A DNA stretch of 41,337 bases from Methanotrichaceae archaeon (lineage in GTDB: Archaea; Halobacteriota; Methanosarcinia; Methanotrichales; Methanotrichaceae): assembly GCA_016927055.1 (NCBI GenBank), contig JAFGNK010000115.1:1-41337 (forward strand). The letters run 5' to 3'. The notes beneath the pieces are model-generated. The model had not been told where the DNA came from and ran no database searches. It worked only from the letters and a program-made list of their open reading frames with translations. This document shows positions 27,885 to 37,405 of this stretch, one piece after another (within the stretch, counting starts at the first letter, position 1; the number at the start of each line of letters is the position of its first letter). The translations under genes were made by a program, and so were the position numbers.

Positions 27885-30755
27885 TCAGACAAGCTCCAAT
27901 AAATCCTTTTGCAGATCTGCGCTAATCTTTGCTCCATCGAGCTTGGAAATAGCAAAAAATTGGGGCGCTATTGAATCGTACTTGACTCCCAGCAGATTTG
28001 CCCCACTAAAATCGGCGTTTTCAAAGATACAAGTGTCAAAAGTGACTCCACTGAGATCCGCGCCTGAAAAATTTGTGTTGTTCATATAGGTCTGGGCGAA
28101 GATTGCATTCTTCAAATCAGCCCCGCGAAAGTCCGCATCTAAGTAGTTCATCAAAATGATGTTGGATGATCTTAAGTTCGCCTTTTGCCAGACGGTCCCC
28201 TTCAGGGTCGATCCGTACTGATAGGATTCAGCAAGTTGCGCGCCCGACAGGTTTGCATCATTCAGGTACACATTCATGAATCGGATACCGCTTAGACGGG
28301 CACCTTTCAAATTCGCGCCGGTTAGATCGGCATAATCCAGATTTGCCTCTTTCAGAGTGCAACCCGTCAGATCAGCCCTCACCAAAAAAGCCCGGGTAAA
28401 ATCTGAACCGGTCAGGTCGGAGTTGCTGAGATTCGCTCCAAAGAGCTCTGCTCTGGTGAAAAGGCATTCTTGGAGATTGCTGCCACTCAGATCGGCCCAG
28501 TTCATTTTGGCTGCCGCCAGGTTAGCTTTGCTTAGATATGTATCATCCAGGACAGCAAGAGTGAGATCCGCACCGAAGAGCCTGGCTCCAGAAAGGTCGG
28601 CGCCCCTCAGGTCTGTCCCTTCCAGATTGGCCCTGGATAAGTCGGCATCTCTCAAGTTAGCTTCCCGCAGATCGGTATCATTAAGCCCGGCTGAGACCAG
28701 CTTGGAACCCTGGAGGTTGGCTTTAACCATCCTGGCCCGGAACATTCTGCTTGACTGCATATCGGATCCTGAAAGGTCGGCTCTTGATAGATCGGAATCG
28801 ACGAAGCTGGATGTTACCAGGTTGGACCGGCTTAGGTTGGCTGCAGTCAGATTTGCATCTCTGAACCTGGCTCTCCTCATATCTGATCCGGATAGATCTG
28901 CCCCAGAGAGATCGGCTCCGGTGAGGTTCGCTGCCATCATACTGGAATTTCTGAGAATACTGCCAAGCATCTTGGCCCCCGAGAGCTGGGCTTCATTCAG
29001 GCAGGCTCTGGACAGGTCCGCTTGGGAGAGATTGGATAATATCAGGCCCGAAGCCCCAAGATAGGAGCCGGAAAGATTTGCCATGCTGAGGTTTGTATTG
29101 GTCAAGTTGGCAAATCCCAATTCTGAATTAACCAGCAGGGTGCCAAAAAAATTTGCTCCATAACATCGGCTCTCCGAGATATCTGCTCCGCTAAGGTCGG
29201 CATGAGACAGGTCTGCATTGAACAAACTCGCCCCAGCAAGGCTGGCTTTTGATAAGTTGGCCCTCACCAGTGTTGAATTGTGAAGTGAGGCGCGCTTTAA
29301 GTTAGAGCCGATGAGTCTTGTGCCCCTTAGATTTGAGTTTGAAAAATTCGTAGCGGTCAGGTTTGCGTGATCCAATTTTGCACCTGAAAAGTCTGTTTTG
29401 CCCAGCATCGATTGCTGCATATCAGCTTCTCGCAGGTCCGCTCCGCTGAGATTCGATCCGGTCATATCAGCTCCGACCAGATACGCACCGCGAAGAATGG
29501 CAAAAGACAAATCGGAATCCTCTATGTTTGACTCATGCAAGACTGCTTTGCTTAAGTTAACCTTGCTCATGCGGGCGCCACTCAATTGAGATCCTTCCAA
29601 TATCGATCCGCTGAGATTCGTCCCCTCAAGGTTTGAGCTATGCAGCAGCGATCGCTTCAGATTGACTCCGGAAAGATTCAGGCGGCTCAGGTTCTTGCCG
29701 CTGAGATCGGCACAAGATTGGAATGGCTGATTGACTATTGTGCTCTCTAGAGGAAGGCTTGACAGAGATATTGCAAAGCGGCGCAGTTCCAACATATCGA
29801 ACATGTAAGCTTCGGGGAGCGTTTTTATTACCGGGATGCTGTCCGCAGATTCTCCCCTAAGTATACGAAGGGCCAGTTGCGAGGCCAGCCCACCTTGAAC
29901 GGGGCCTGTGGTGATCACTCCCCCAAGGATGCCAAAGCCCATGTAAACGTCCCTTGTTCCATAAATCGGAACCAAACTCGCGCTTCGAAGGACCCATGCG
30001 CTCTCCTCGTGAGTCAAGACTCGTCCCTCACGATCGCGATTGTAATTCAAGAGAAGGATTAAACTGCCCTCCAAGAGTTGAGATGCATTCTTCTGCATCT
30101 CCTGTACCGTCATATTGTCCCAGATAATGATGCTGACATTTTCGCGGAAGCTTTGCAGCGTCCGGTTTAAAACCGCTCTATTAGCCCAACCTGTAGTGGT
30201 CCTGTCGTTTACTACTACTATTTGCTTTGTTTCCGGGTGCAATTTGAGCATCAGAGAAAGAGTACCTGGCAGATCGAAAGCCTCTACTACGCCCGTGAAA
30301 CCTTTCTTGCCGGACAGCATCTTATCTTCGAAGAAATTGACTCCACAAAAGACCACCGGGCTTTCTCTGAATAGCTCGTCTCTGTTGCTCAGGAGGAAGT
30401 TGAAAGCATCATCATCCGAACAAATTATAACATCAAAATGGCGATCCTTATACTTAATTCGAAATAATTCCTTCAATTCAGCCAGGCAAGTCTCATTAGG
30501 TGCCTGTTTCTTGGTATCCATATACTCAAAAGAGAAAGCTGCTGAGGGATAGTGCATCGATAATTGATTCTCGATCTCGCTGCCAATGGAATCGGTCCAT
30601 CTCAAGCCGGGATTGTAAGAGGCGAATATCAATACTTCCTTTGATTTATTTTCCTCATTTCCTAGCGAATTCGTAATAAATGATAATATTAAGATAAATA
30701 CTATAGTTAATTTTACTATTAATGACAGAGTGCCCATATCTTTTCTCCTGATCAT
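27885..30755 (-). CDS. Exported protein: ABC-substrate-binding-like sensor domain fused to a roughly 600-aa pentapeptide-repeat region
   Basis: N-terminal hydrophobic segment; SYNPG..WT, EYMDTK, DDDAF.F, PVVFCGVN, TGVVE, GGV; A(D/N)LxG-type repeats from about aa 350 to the C-terminus. Start may be ATG 30737. Confidence 0.85.
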   Translation of the reverse strand: MIRRKDMGTLSLIVKLTIVFILILSFITNSLGNEENKSKEVLIFASYNPGLRWTDSIGSEIENQLSMHYPSAAFSFEYMDTKKQAPNETCLAELKELFRIKYKDRHFDVIICSDDDAFNFLLSNRDELFRESPVVFCGVNFFEDKMLSGKKGFTGVVEAFDLPGTLSLMLKLHPETKQIVVVNDRTTTGWANRAVLNRTLQSFRENVSIIIWDNMTVQEMQKNASQLLEGSLILLLNYNRDREGRVLTHEESAWVLRSASLVPIYGTRDVYMGFGILGGVITTGPVQGGLASQLALRILRGESADSIPVIKTLPEAYMFDMLELRRFAISLSSLPLESTIVNQPFQSCADLSGKNLSRLNLSGVNLKRSLLHSSNLEGTNLSGSILEGSQLSGARMSKVNLSKAVLHESNIEDSDLSFAILRGAYLVGADMTGSNLSGADLREADMQQSMLGKTDFSGAKLDHANLTATNFSNSNLRGTRLIGSNLKRASLHNSTLVRANLSKASLAGASLFNADLSHADLSGADISESRCYGANFFGTLLVNSELGFANLTNTNLSMANLSGSYLGASGLILSNLSQADLSRACLNEAQLSGAKMLGSILRNSSMMAANLTGADLSGADLSGSDMRRARFRDANLTAANLSRSNLVTSSFVDSDLSRADLSGSDMQSSRMFRARMVKANLQGSKLVSAGLNDTDLREANLRDADLSRANLEGTDLRGADLSGARLFGADLTLAVLDDTYLSKANLAAAKMNWADLSGSNLQECLFTRAELFGANLSNSDLTGSDFTRAFLVRADLTGCTLKEANLDYADLTGANLKGARLSGIRFMNVYLNDANLSGAQLAESYQYGSTLKGTVWQKANLRSSNIILMNYLDADFRGADLKNAIFAQTYMNNTNFSGADLSGVTFDTCIFENADFSGANLLGVKYDSIAPQFFAISKLDGAKISADLQKDLLELV

Positions 30756-30954
30756 CAGTTATCAAGTAGATCCCTCCTTATACTTATTGCTTTTCTTTTG
30801 GATCTGGAAACTCAGATCTTAAGCTTACAGTATCTTAAAAATATACGGGTGAACATGTATGAATCAAAATAGATAAATAGATATTAATAATATGATTATT
30901 AATTATTTACCTTTAACTTAACGCTATTATATTTAATAAAAAATTAAAAAATTA

Positions 30955-31028
30955 AGCCTCGGACGGGATTCGAACCCGCGACCTCGTCCTTACCAAGGAC
31001 GCGCTATACCGGGCTAAGCTATCGAGGC
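30955..31028 (-). tRNA. tRNA-Thr(GGT)
   Basis: GCCTCGA...CGTCC-TT-GGT-AA-GGACG...GCGGG-TTCGAAT-CCCGT-CCGAGGC-T. Confidence 0.92.
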
Positions 31029-31134
31029 GCCAACTGCCCCTTGTGCTCGCCATTCAAGAACCTTTCGGTTAGAAGCCCAAAAAGCAGGCCACCCGCTTTT
31101 TCCGGCGAATTCACAAAAAAAAGAAAAACGACAT

Positions 31135-32298
31135 CTAGCTGTCGTGTTTCCTCGCCATTTCATAAACGTCTTCCGTTCTCTTAGCGATGCGATCCCAGCT
31201 AAACTCGGCATCAATCCGGCTGCAACCCGCCTGGGCCAGCTTCTTCATCTCCTCAGGATTGCCGAGCAGCCGGCTTATGCACCAGGCAATGGACTCCGGC
31301 TGCACATAAGCCAGTAGCCCGTCCTCGAAGTTCTTAATTATACTCACGGCCTCTGTTGCCACTACTGGTTTGCAGGCATCCCAGGCCTCCAGGACCACTA
31401 CGCCGAAAGGCTCGTTTCTGCTGGGAATGCACATGAGATCGCAGGCATTGACCAGCTCCTCTTTCTCGGCGCCGGGGGTGTATCCGAGAAATCGGCAGGC
31501 GTCCGCTATCCCAAGTTCGCGAGCTCGGCGTTCGCAATCCGGTCTCATACCTCCCTCTCCTATGAAGATAAAACGAGCATCTGATCTGCTTCTCAATATA
31601 TGAGGTATAGCCTCTACCAGGAGGTCTGGTCCCTTTTGTATGCTCATCCTGCCGCAGAAGAGCACCATAGGTGCCATGGGGTGGATGCCGTACCTCTCTT
31701 TGACTCGACCGGCATCCAGGCCTTTTCTCATCTTTCCCACAATGATGCCGTTTGGTATGATGCAGATCTTTTCTTCAGGCAGGCTGTATATCCACATCAG
31801 CTCATCTTGCATGCGCCTGGTGGTCACAATCACCTTGGAGGCCTCATAGCAGCCCAGCCACTCTCGATGGGAGATCTCCTGGGATATTCCGTAACCGAAA
31901 TTGTTCCCATTCCTGCCCCATTCTGTACTATGCATGGTCAGAAGGAAGGGCAGGCCGAAGTCCTGCTTTATGCGGGTCAAAGCCAGCACCGGATGCCAAT
32001 CGTGACCATGAACAATATCGAATTTGCCGAATATCTTTTGCACTGCTGCGAAGCGATCGTAAAGCGCATCACACATGCGGTTCATCTGAGCCAGGACATC
32101 CCCTGTGCTCTCTACATCGACTCTCTGGTAATGGACGCCGTTGATTTTGTCGTAGGACTCAAAGTCGCCTCTGCGTGTAAAGATATGTACTTCGTGGCCC
32201 CTTCTGGCCAGCGCTTCGGAGATCTCTGAGACATGGGGGGCCACCCCGCCAACCTTTATTGAGTATAAGCTCTCCCAGGAGAGCATTCCAATTCGCAT
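31135..32298 (-). CDS. GT4/GT5-like glycosyltransferase (glycogen synthase-like)
   Basis: MRIGMLSWES..KVGG, HGHDW, HSTE.GR, QKGPDLL, PSRNEPFG. Alternative start ATG 32394. Confidence 0.88.
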   Translation of the reverse strand: MRIGMLSWESLYSIKVGGVAPHVSEISEALARRGHEVHIFTRRGDFESYDKINGVHYQRVDVESTGDVLAQMNRMCDALYDRFAAVQKIFGKFDIVHGHDWHPVLALTRIKQDFGLPFLLTMHSTEWGRNGNNFGYGISQEISHREWLGCYEASKVIVTTRRMQDELMWIYSLPEEKICIIPNGIIVGKMRKGLDAGRVKERYGIHPMAPMVLFCGRMSIQKGPDLLVEAIPHILRSRSDARFIFIGEGGMRPDCERRARELGIADACRFLGYTPGAEKEELVNACDLMCIPSRNEPFGVVVLEAWDACKPVVATEAVSIIKNFEDGLLAYVQPESIAWCISRLLGNPEEMKKLAQAGCSRIDAEFSWDRIAKRTEDVYEMARKHDS

Positions 32299-32466
32299 CT
32301 CTTCACCGATATTATCTCGCCTTGCGGCGATCGCTTTATGATCATTTGTCTGTACGATATCATCAATATGGGGATTGGACGCATTTTGGTCCATCTTATT
32401 CCTGCTTTATGAAATACATAAGGAATGAAATAAGCAAATTGTAATACTATACCGCCGGATAATTGA

Positions 32467-33450
32467 TTAACTTTTCGGCGCTGTCAATTTCTGGCGAAGC
32501 TCCTCGGCTACTTTCTCCGGCGCAAAGGAGTTGATGTAAATTCCAGTGCTCCTCTCAAAGCCGGCTATATTGGAGAGAGCCGGCTGAATTCTGATATTGA
32601 GGTGATAGCAGCCGAAAGGAAGCTGGAAGATCATGTAATTGTAGGGGGGGTCGTTCAAGAGGGACTGCATGCTCCCTAAAGCTCTCTTTAGCAGGGCAGC
32701 CAGGCTCTTGGTTTCGTCTTCATGCATCTCCTGCAGATTGGCAAAATGCCTCTTAGGCAAAATCATTGTCTCATAAGGTGCCTGCGAATAGAAGGGTGCG
32801 ATGAGAATCCAGTTATCGTTCTCGTCGATGAGCCGGCATGATTCCTTCTCTTGCGCTACGATATTGCAGAAAGGACAGAGTGATGCCCGGCTGATGGCGT
32901 CCAGTTCTCTTTTTATGAGGGGCGGAAGAATGGGAAGGGTGATGAGCTGAGAATGGCTGTGAGATAACGATGCTCCCGCCTCCTTGCCCCAATTCTTGAA
33001 GATGGATACGTATTTCACGAGGCTGTCCTCGCGGTAATGGACATAGCGATCCCGGTAGACATGGATGAGCATTTCCATGCGCTCCTGGGAAAAGTCTGCC
33101 GGATTTTCTCTGTGCAGGGGCGAATCCACAATCACCTCGTGATGGCCGCGCCCGGGCAGGGCAATCCAATCTGCCGTGGCGGGCGCAGGGCAGGGGACCA
33201 TGGCCGCAAAAACATTGGGAAAGACACGCAAAAGCCAGCTGCAAGTACTCTCCTGGCCATCGAATAAGACTCCCTGCTCCGTGTAGACTGCAACGGCTGG
33301 CGGGGTCATCTTCTCGTTTCCCGGACAAAATGGGCAAACGGTCTCGCCTCCTGGGGCCTTCGTTGCAGGGAAATCAGAAGGCCTCTTCTTTCGCTCTGCG
33401 GCGATAATGCAGTACTCATCCAGGAAGTAATGCCTTCTCAGTTCTGGCAT
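32467..33450 (-). CDS. GalT-family (HIT-fold) nucleotidyltransferase: galactose-1-phosphate uridylyltransferase or ADP-glucose phosphorylase-like
   Basis: MPELR, R.KRP, CPFCPGNE, GASLSHSHSQ catalytic HxHxQ motif, AGFE..TG.YIN. Confidence 0.85.
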   Translation of the reverse strand: MPELRRHYFLDEYCIIAAERKKRPSDFPATKAPGGETVCPFCPGNEKMTPPAVAVYTEQGVLFDGQESTCSWLLRVFPNVFAAMVPCPAPATADWIALPGRGHHEVIVDSPLHRENPADFSQERMEMLIHVYRDRYVHYREDSLVKYVSIFKNWGKEAGASLSHSHSQLITLPILPPLIKRELDAISRASLCPFCNIVAQEKESCRLIDENDNWILIAPFYSQAPYETMILPKRHFANLQEMHEDETKSLAALLKRALGSMQSLLNDPPYNYMIFQLPFGCYHLNIRIQPALSNIAGFERSTGIYINSFAPEKVAEELRQKLTAPKS

Positions 33451-33469
33451 CGCCTCGCCTCTGCTCTCA

Positions 33470-34684
33470 TCAGACTACTTCCTTATAAATCGCCAGGGTT
33501 CTCTCGGCAGCTTTCTGCCAGGTGAACTCTTCAAGCACCCTTTTCCTGGCGTTCTTCCCCCAGGATTTAAGCCGGTCCAGATCCTCCAGGGCGAGATTGA
33601 TGCCCCAGGCGATATCTTGGGAATCGCGAGCATTGACATGGACGCCGGTGGGGCGCGATGCGGCAGGGCTTTTCACAATCTCGGCCAGACCGGATGTGCC
33701 GGCGGCGCCCACCACAGCAGCCTTGCCCATGGCGGCAGCTTCTAAACCCACAATGCCAAAGGGCTCGTAGATACTGGGAAATACACACAGGTCCGCCAGA
33801 GCGTAGTGGTGCATCTTCTCTTCGGCATCGAGAAAGTCAGTGACCAGAGTCACACAGCTATGGCCCAGACGCTGCACCTCTTGGGCGGCCCATGCCTCAA
33901 GGCTGCCCTTGCCTACCACGAGGAGCTTAACCTTGGGATGCAGATCCAGGACCTGTGGCAAAGCGGAAAAAAGCTCTTTGATGCCTTTGACCGGTTCCAG
34001 TCGGCCTACGAAGAGGATTACGATATCGTCCTTGGCAAAGCCATACCTCTCACGCAGGGCGGCTAGAGTCCTGGCATCGGCCCGGTCGGGATCGAAGAAA
34101 TCGGCATTCACGCCATGGTAGCATACGGAAACCTTCTCTTTGGGTGTGCCAAGGCTCAGCAGCTCTTGCTTCATGGCCAGAGAGACGGTGATAACCCTAT
34201 CGGCAACTTCTGTACCTTTTTTCTCCAGAGCCACGAGCTGGGGGTTGGGATTATCCGAACGACCGCCCTCCAGGCCGTGTACATGGTAGATGAGGGGGAT
34301 GCCCCCTCTCTTGACGGCCATGCCTCCCAGGAGGCCGAGCCAGTCGTGGGCCACACATAGATCGAAAGGCCCATTCTCAATGATGCTTGCCGCCGAAAGT
34401 TGATTTAAGCTTAAGAGTTCCTCAAGGAAACGCAGGCCATCTCCCCAGGAAAGGGTCTGGGCCGAGAGGAATACTTCAAGCCCATCCCTGATCGGGACGG
34501 GAACCTCCCTGAACACCTCCACACCATTCATATCCTGGTGCCGGTCCAGCTTGCCGTCTCCCAATGTAAAGACCGAGACATTCTCTCCCTGGGAGACAAT
34601 TTCTCGGGATATTTCGTCCGCGTACACACCAAGGCCGCCAAAGATTCTGGGCGGAAACTCAAGGCTCAGATAGGCAATTCTCAT
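33470..34684 (-). CDS. GT4-family glycosyltransferase
   Basis: EFPP..FGGLG, AHDWL, H.LE.GR, GRL..VKG, PSIYEPFGIVGLEA. Confidence 0.88.
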   Translation of the reverse strand: MRIAYLSLEFPPRIFGGLGVYADEISREIVSQGENVSVFTLGDGKLDRHQDMNGVEVFREVPVPIRDGLEVFLSAQTLSWGDGLRFLEELLSLNQLSAASIIENGPFDLCVAHDWLGLLGGMAVKRGGIPLIYHVHGLEGGRSDNPNPQLVALEKKGTEVADRVITVSLAMKQELLSLGTPKEKVSVCYHGVNADFFDPDRADARTLAALRERYGFAKDDIVILFVGRLEPVKGIKELFSALPQVLDLHPKVKLLVVGKGSLEAWAAQEVQRLGHSCVTLVTDFLDAEEKMHHYALADLCVFPSIYEPFGIVGLEAAAMGKAAVVGAAGTSGLAEIVKSPAASRPTGVHVNARDSQDIAWGINLALEDLDRLKSWGKNARKRVLEEFTWQKAAERTLAIYKEVV

Positions 34685-34697
34685 AGTCTCCCCACAT

Positions 34698-36491
34698 CTA
34701 AGCTACCAGATTCTTGTAATACTCCAGTACCGGCTCCTTCCAGTTGAACTGCTTGGCCAAAGAGAAGGACTCTTCGCAGAGCAGCCGGTATTTGACCTCA
34801 TCATCCAGATAGGTCCAGGTGAAGTAGTCCAGGGCCAGGGCGTAATCCAAGACGGTCTCCTGGGGCTGTGCCTCAATGTTATCCACAACCACCACGCCAC
34901 CCATGCCCGGCACGCGGCGTTTTATCTTCTTGAGAGCATCGCTGTATCCTGCAGACCGGCTGACGATGTTGGGCGTGCCTTCCCGGCCTGCTTCCAGGCC
35001 GGTGAGAAGGAAAGGCTCATATTGGGAAGGAAATATGCCGGCAACGCAGCCGGCCATGATCTCATCAGCCTGCATTCCCAGGCCGCCGTCATCGGGTCCC
35101 ACCCATTGAGGATAGAGCAGTGCCGCCACCATTCTCTTGCCTGAGATCAGCTCCGTTTCATCCAGGCCCTTCTCCTTGATCATATTCTCCAGGCGGATCT
35201 CCTCGCCCACCAGAACCTCCGGCGTGAGATTGATGGGGAACCCCTCTGGAAGCTTCTCTTTGTCTTTAGGGCCGTGAGCGGCTATCAGGAAACATACCAC
35301 CCTTGTCTCCTCGGCATGACGCTGACCGGCCAGTCTATGCTTGAGCAGGTGATCCTGGAGCATCAGGGCATCAAGGAGCTGAATGTATCCTTTGTTCTCG
35401 ATCTCTATGCGGGAGATGGTGAAGATCGGAATTATGTTCTCCTTCTTTACGCACTTGCCGTTGCAGTACTTGTAGAGGTTGTCGGCCAGAAACTGCTGGA
35501 CCCTTGCCCGGCAGCGATCTTTTTTATCCCAGTCGATCTCCTGCGTCTCCAAATCGATTCCATTCCGGATGACAATGCCTTTCAAGCGGTAAAAGAGCAT
35601 AGCCTCTTTCATGGTCGAGTCGCCCACGAATGTAACGGCATCGGCATAGAGGGCCAGCGCTTCTAAGGTGGCAAAGCCAAGAGGCGTACCCGGCTCCATT
35701 TTCGAGTCATTTTTAATAATCTTTTGCAGGGACTTGTATCCGGCGGTGCGGCCGGGAACCGTGGCGTGCAGGGTGCAGACCGATCTTACAGGAACGCCCA
35801 GCTTCTTCAGTCTGGTTGCCGCATAGAAGACTCCAAACTCATGGCAATGTAAGGAGACTCTCACTTTGGGCATTACCGACTTGGCAAACTCCGAGACGGC
35901 CTTGTCGGCGTACTTTTGCGCCATCTCTTCCGGGGCGCGCGCCAGGCCTCTTACCAGCTCAGATGCGGCATAGGAGAGGTTGAGGTAGTGGTTGTACTCC
36001 CAACCATACTGGGCTCTCTCATAATTCATGGAATCAAGCCCCACCAGATCAAATGCCTCCGTCTTGATGGCATTGTTAAGGGTCATATCCTTATTCTTCC
36101 AGCGCACCACGTGGGACTGATAGTAATTGGTATTGAAGAGCACATAGCCGATGGGAACGCCTTCTACCATTCTCTGCCCGGTGACTGTCTCAATGCCGGC
36201 GGCATTCAGTTCGCCCAGCACCTGGTCCAGCTCCTGCCCCATATCCAGCTTTTCGAATTCAGTGAGATCTGTGATCCGGTTTTTGCCTGTATTCCAGTCC
36301 GAGCCGGAGGTGGGATAGTTGGGACCCGCCACCAGGATGTGCAGGCCGCTTTCAATATCTCCGTGTGCTACCAGTCGGGCCAGCATCACAGCCTCGGCAT
36401 CCACCACATTCCAGATGCCGCCCATCTTATTCGAGGCCGGCCCCGCTTCTTCGGCAGCCAGGACGATCCATCTTTCTATCATATCAGGCAT
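34698..36491 (-). CDS. GT3-like glycogen synthase
   Basis: NKMGGIWNV, HCHEF, TLHAT..GR, SR.EIENKG, GC..GIFPSQYEPF parallel the eukaryotic/Bacteroidetes GT3 motifs (KVGGIY, HATxxGR, ExxNKG, PSYYEPWG). Confidence 0.75.
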   Translation of the reverse strand: MPDMIERWIVLAAEEAGPASNKMGGIWNVVDAEAVMLARLVAHGDIESGLHILVAGPNYPTSGSDWNTGKNRITDLTEFEKLDMGQELDQVLGELNAAGIETVTGQRMVEGVPIGYVLFNTNYYQSHVVRWKNKDMTLNNAIKTEAFDLVGLDSMNYERAQYGWEYNHYLNLSYAASELVRGLARAPEEMAQKYADKAVSEFAKSVMPKVRVSLHCHEFGVFYAATRLKKLGVPVRSVCTLHATVPGRTAGYKSLQKIIKNDSKMEPGTPLGFATLEALALYADAVTFVGDSTMKEAMLFYRLKGIVIRNGIDLETQEIDWDKKDRCRARVQQFLADNLYKYCNGKCVKKENIIPIFTISRIEIENKGYIQLLDALMLQDHLLKHRLAGQRHAEETRVVCFLIAAHGPKDKEKLPEGFPINLTPEVLVGEEIRLENMIKEKGLDETELISGKRMVAALLYPQWVGPDDGGLGMQADEIMAGCVAGIFPSQYEPFLLTGLEAGREGTPNIVSRSAGYSDALKKIKRRVPGMGGVVVVDNIEAQPQETVLDYALALDYFTWTYLDDEVKYRLLCEESFSLAKQFNWKEPVLEYYKNLVA

Positions 36492-36494
36492 ACC

Positions 36495-37223
36495 TCAAGA
36501 ATAGGGTGAGAGCGAGGACACAGAGATTCCATCATCGGAGATGTCCAGCACTCTTATGCTATTGGCGATCTTTGAGCCGCGCATTTTCATGATATATATC
36601 GATCTGATGAGATTGTTCTTGATCCGCTCCCGGCTGAGCATGGTGGCCGAGTCTGCTCCGTACTCCAGGAACTGATTGGTGCTGAAAGCCGTACCGATGG
36701 TGACAACCGATGTGACACCGCTGGCGCGAATGGTGCCGAAGAGGTCGTCGGTCAGGGAACGGATCTTAAATGGGGCCTCAACTGCCATAAAGAAGGCCGT
36801 CAGGTCGTCGATGAAGAGCCGGGCGGGCTTGACCTCCTTCAGCTTTCTTTCCACCAGCTTTCGGAAGTTTATGAGAAAATCCACCGGATCGATCTCGATG
36901 CTCTTTTGCAGGCGCAGATCGGGATCTGTAACATCGACGATGGTAAGTTTTCCCTCCTCTTCCAGCTTAGAGAAGTCCCAGCCAAAGGAGGACATCATCT
37001 CTCTCTTCAGGTACTCTGCGCTCTCCGAGGGGGTGATGATCATTCCATTTTCTCCAATCTGGGCGCCGTAGTTTATGAACTGGCTGGCAAAGACGGTTTT
37101 GCCTGTACCGGAAGATCCTGTTATGGTGTTTACGGTCCCTTTGTGAAAACCGCCGCCAACCAATTCGTCAAATCCGGGTATGCCCGACATGGACCTGGGA
37201 AATTTGCTGCTCTGTACTGCCAC
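36495..37223 (-). CDS. Single-domain KaiC/RAD55-like ATPase (COG0467)
   Basis: SGIPGFDEL.GGG, Walker A GSSGTGKT, Walker B LFIDDL, R.IYIMKMRGS, I...GI.V. Confidence 0.88.
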   Translation of the reverse strand: MAVQSSKFPRSMSGIPGFDELVGGGFHKGTVNTITGSSGTGKTVFASQFINYGAQIGENGMIITPSESAEYLKREMMSSFGWDFSKLEEEGKLTIVDVTDPDLRLQKSIEIDPVDFLINFRKLVERKLKEVKPARLFIDDLTAFFMAVEAPFKIRSLTDDLFGTIRASGVTSVVTIGTAFSTNQFLEYGADSATMLSRERIKNNLIRSIYIMKMRGSKIANSIRVLDISDDGISVSSLSPYS

Positions 37224-37405
37224 AACTAACCGCTCCCTTACTGCTATTGCGCTGCGATTTGCAGCGCTGCATCCCTGTTATTCCGCGACCAAGGTAATTA
37301 GGTCTTTCGGTGATGGGTGGAAAATTAGCAAAGGGATGTAGGTGAAAGAGAATTTTGCTGGCGTTTAGGGGGCAATAAGTGCCCCGCAATTTTCTATGCT
37401 AAAAG

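Noticed and set aside
28357-29064. 235-aa Arg/Ser-rich repetitive ORF
   Set aside because: Antisense read-out of the pentapeptide repeats.
27885-29720. 15-bp-period DNA repetitiveness as a CRISPR array or tandem repeat
   Set aside because: Degenerate, in-frame protein repeats; no identical repeats with unique spacers anywhere in the window.
37249-37385. Hairpins GCGCTGC/GCAGCGC and GGGGCA/TGCCCC between tRNA-Arg and the KaiC-like gene as a riboswitch
   Set aside because: No known aptamer consensus recognised; two isolated stems are insufficient evidence.
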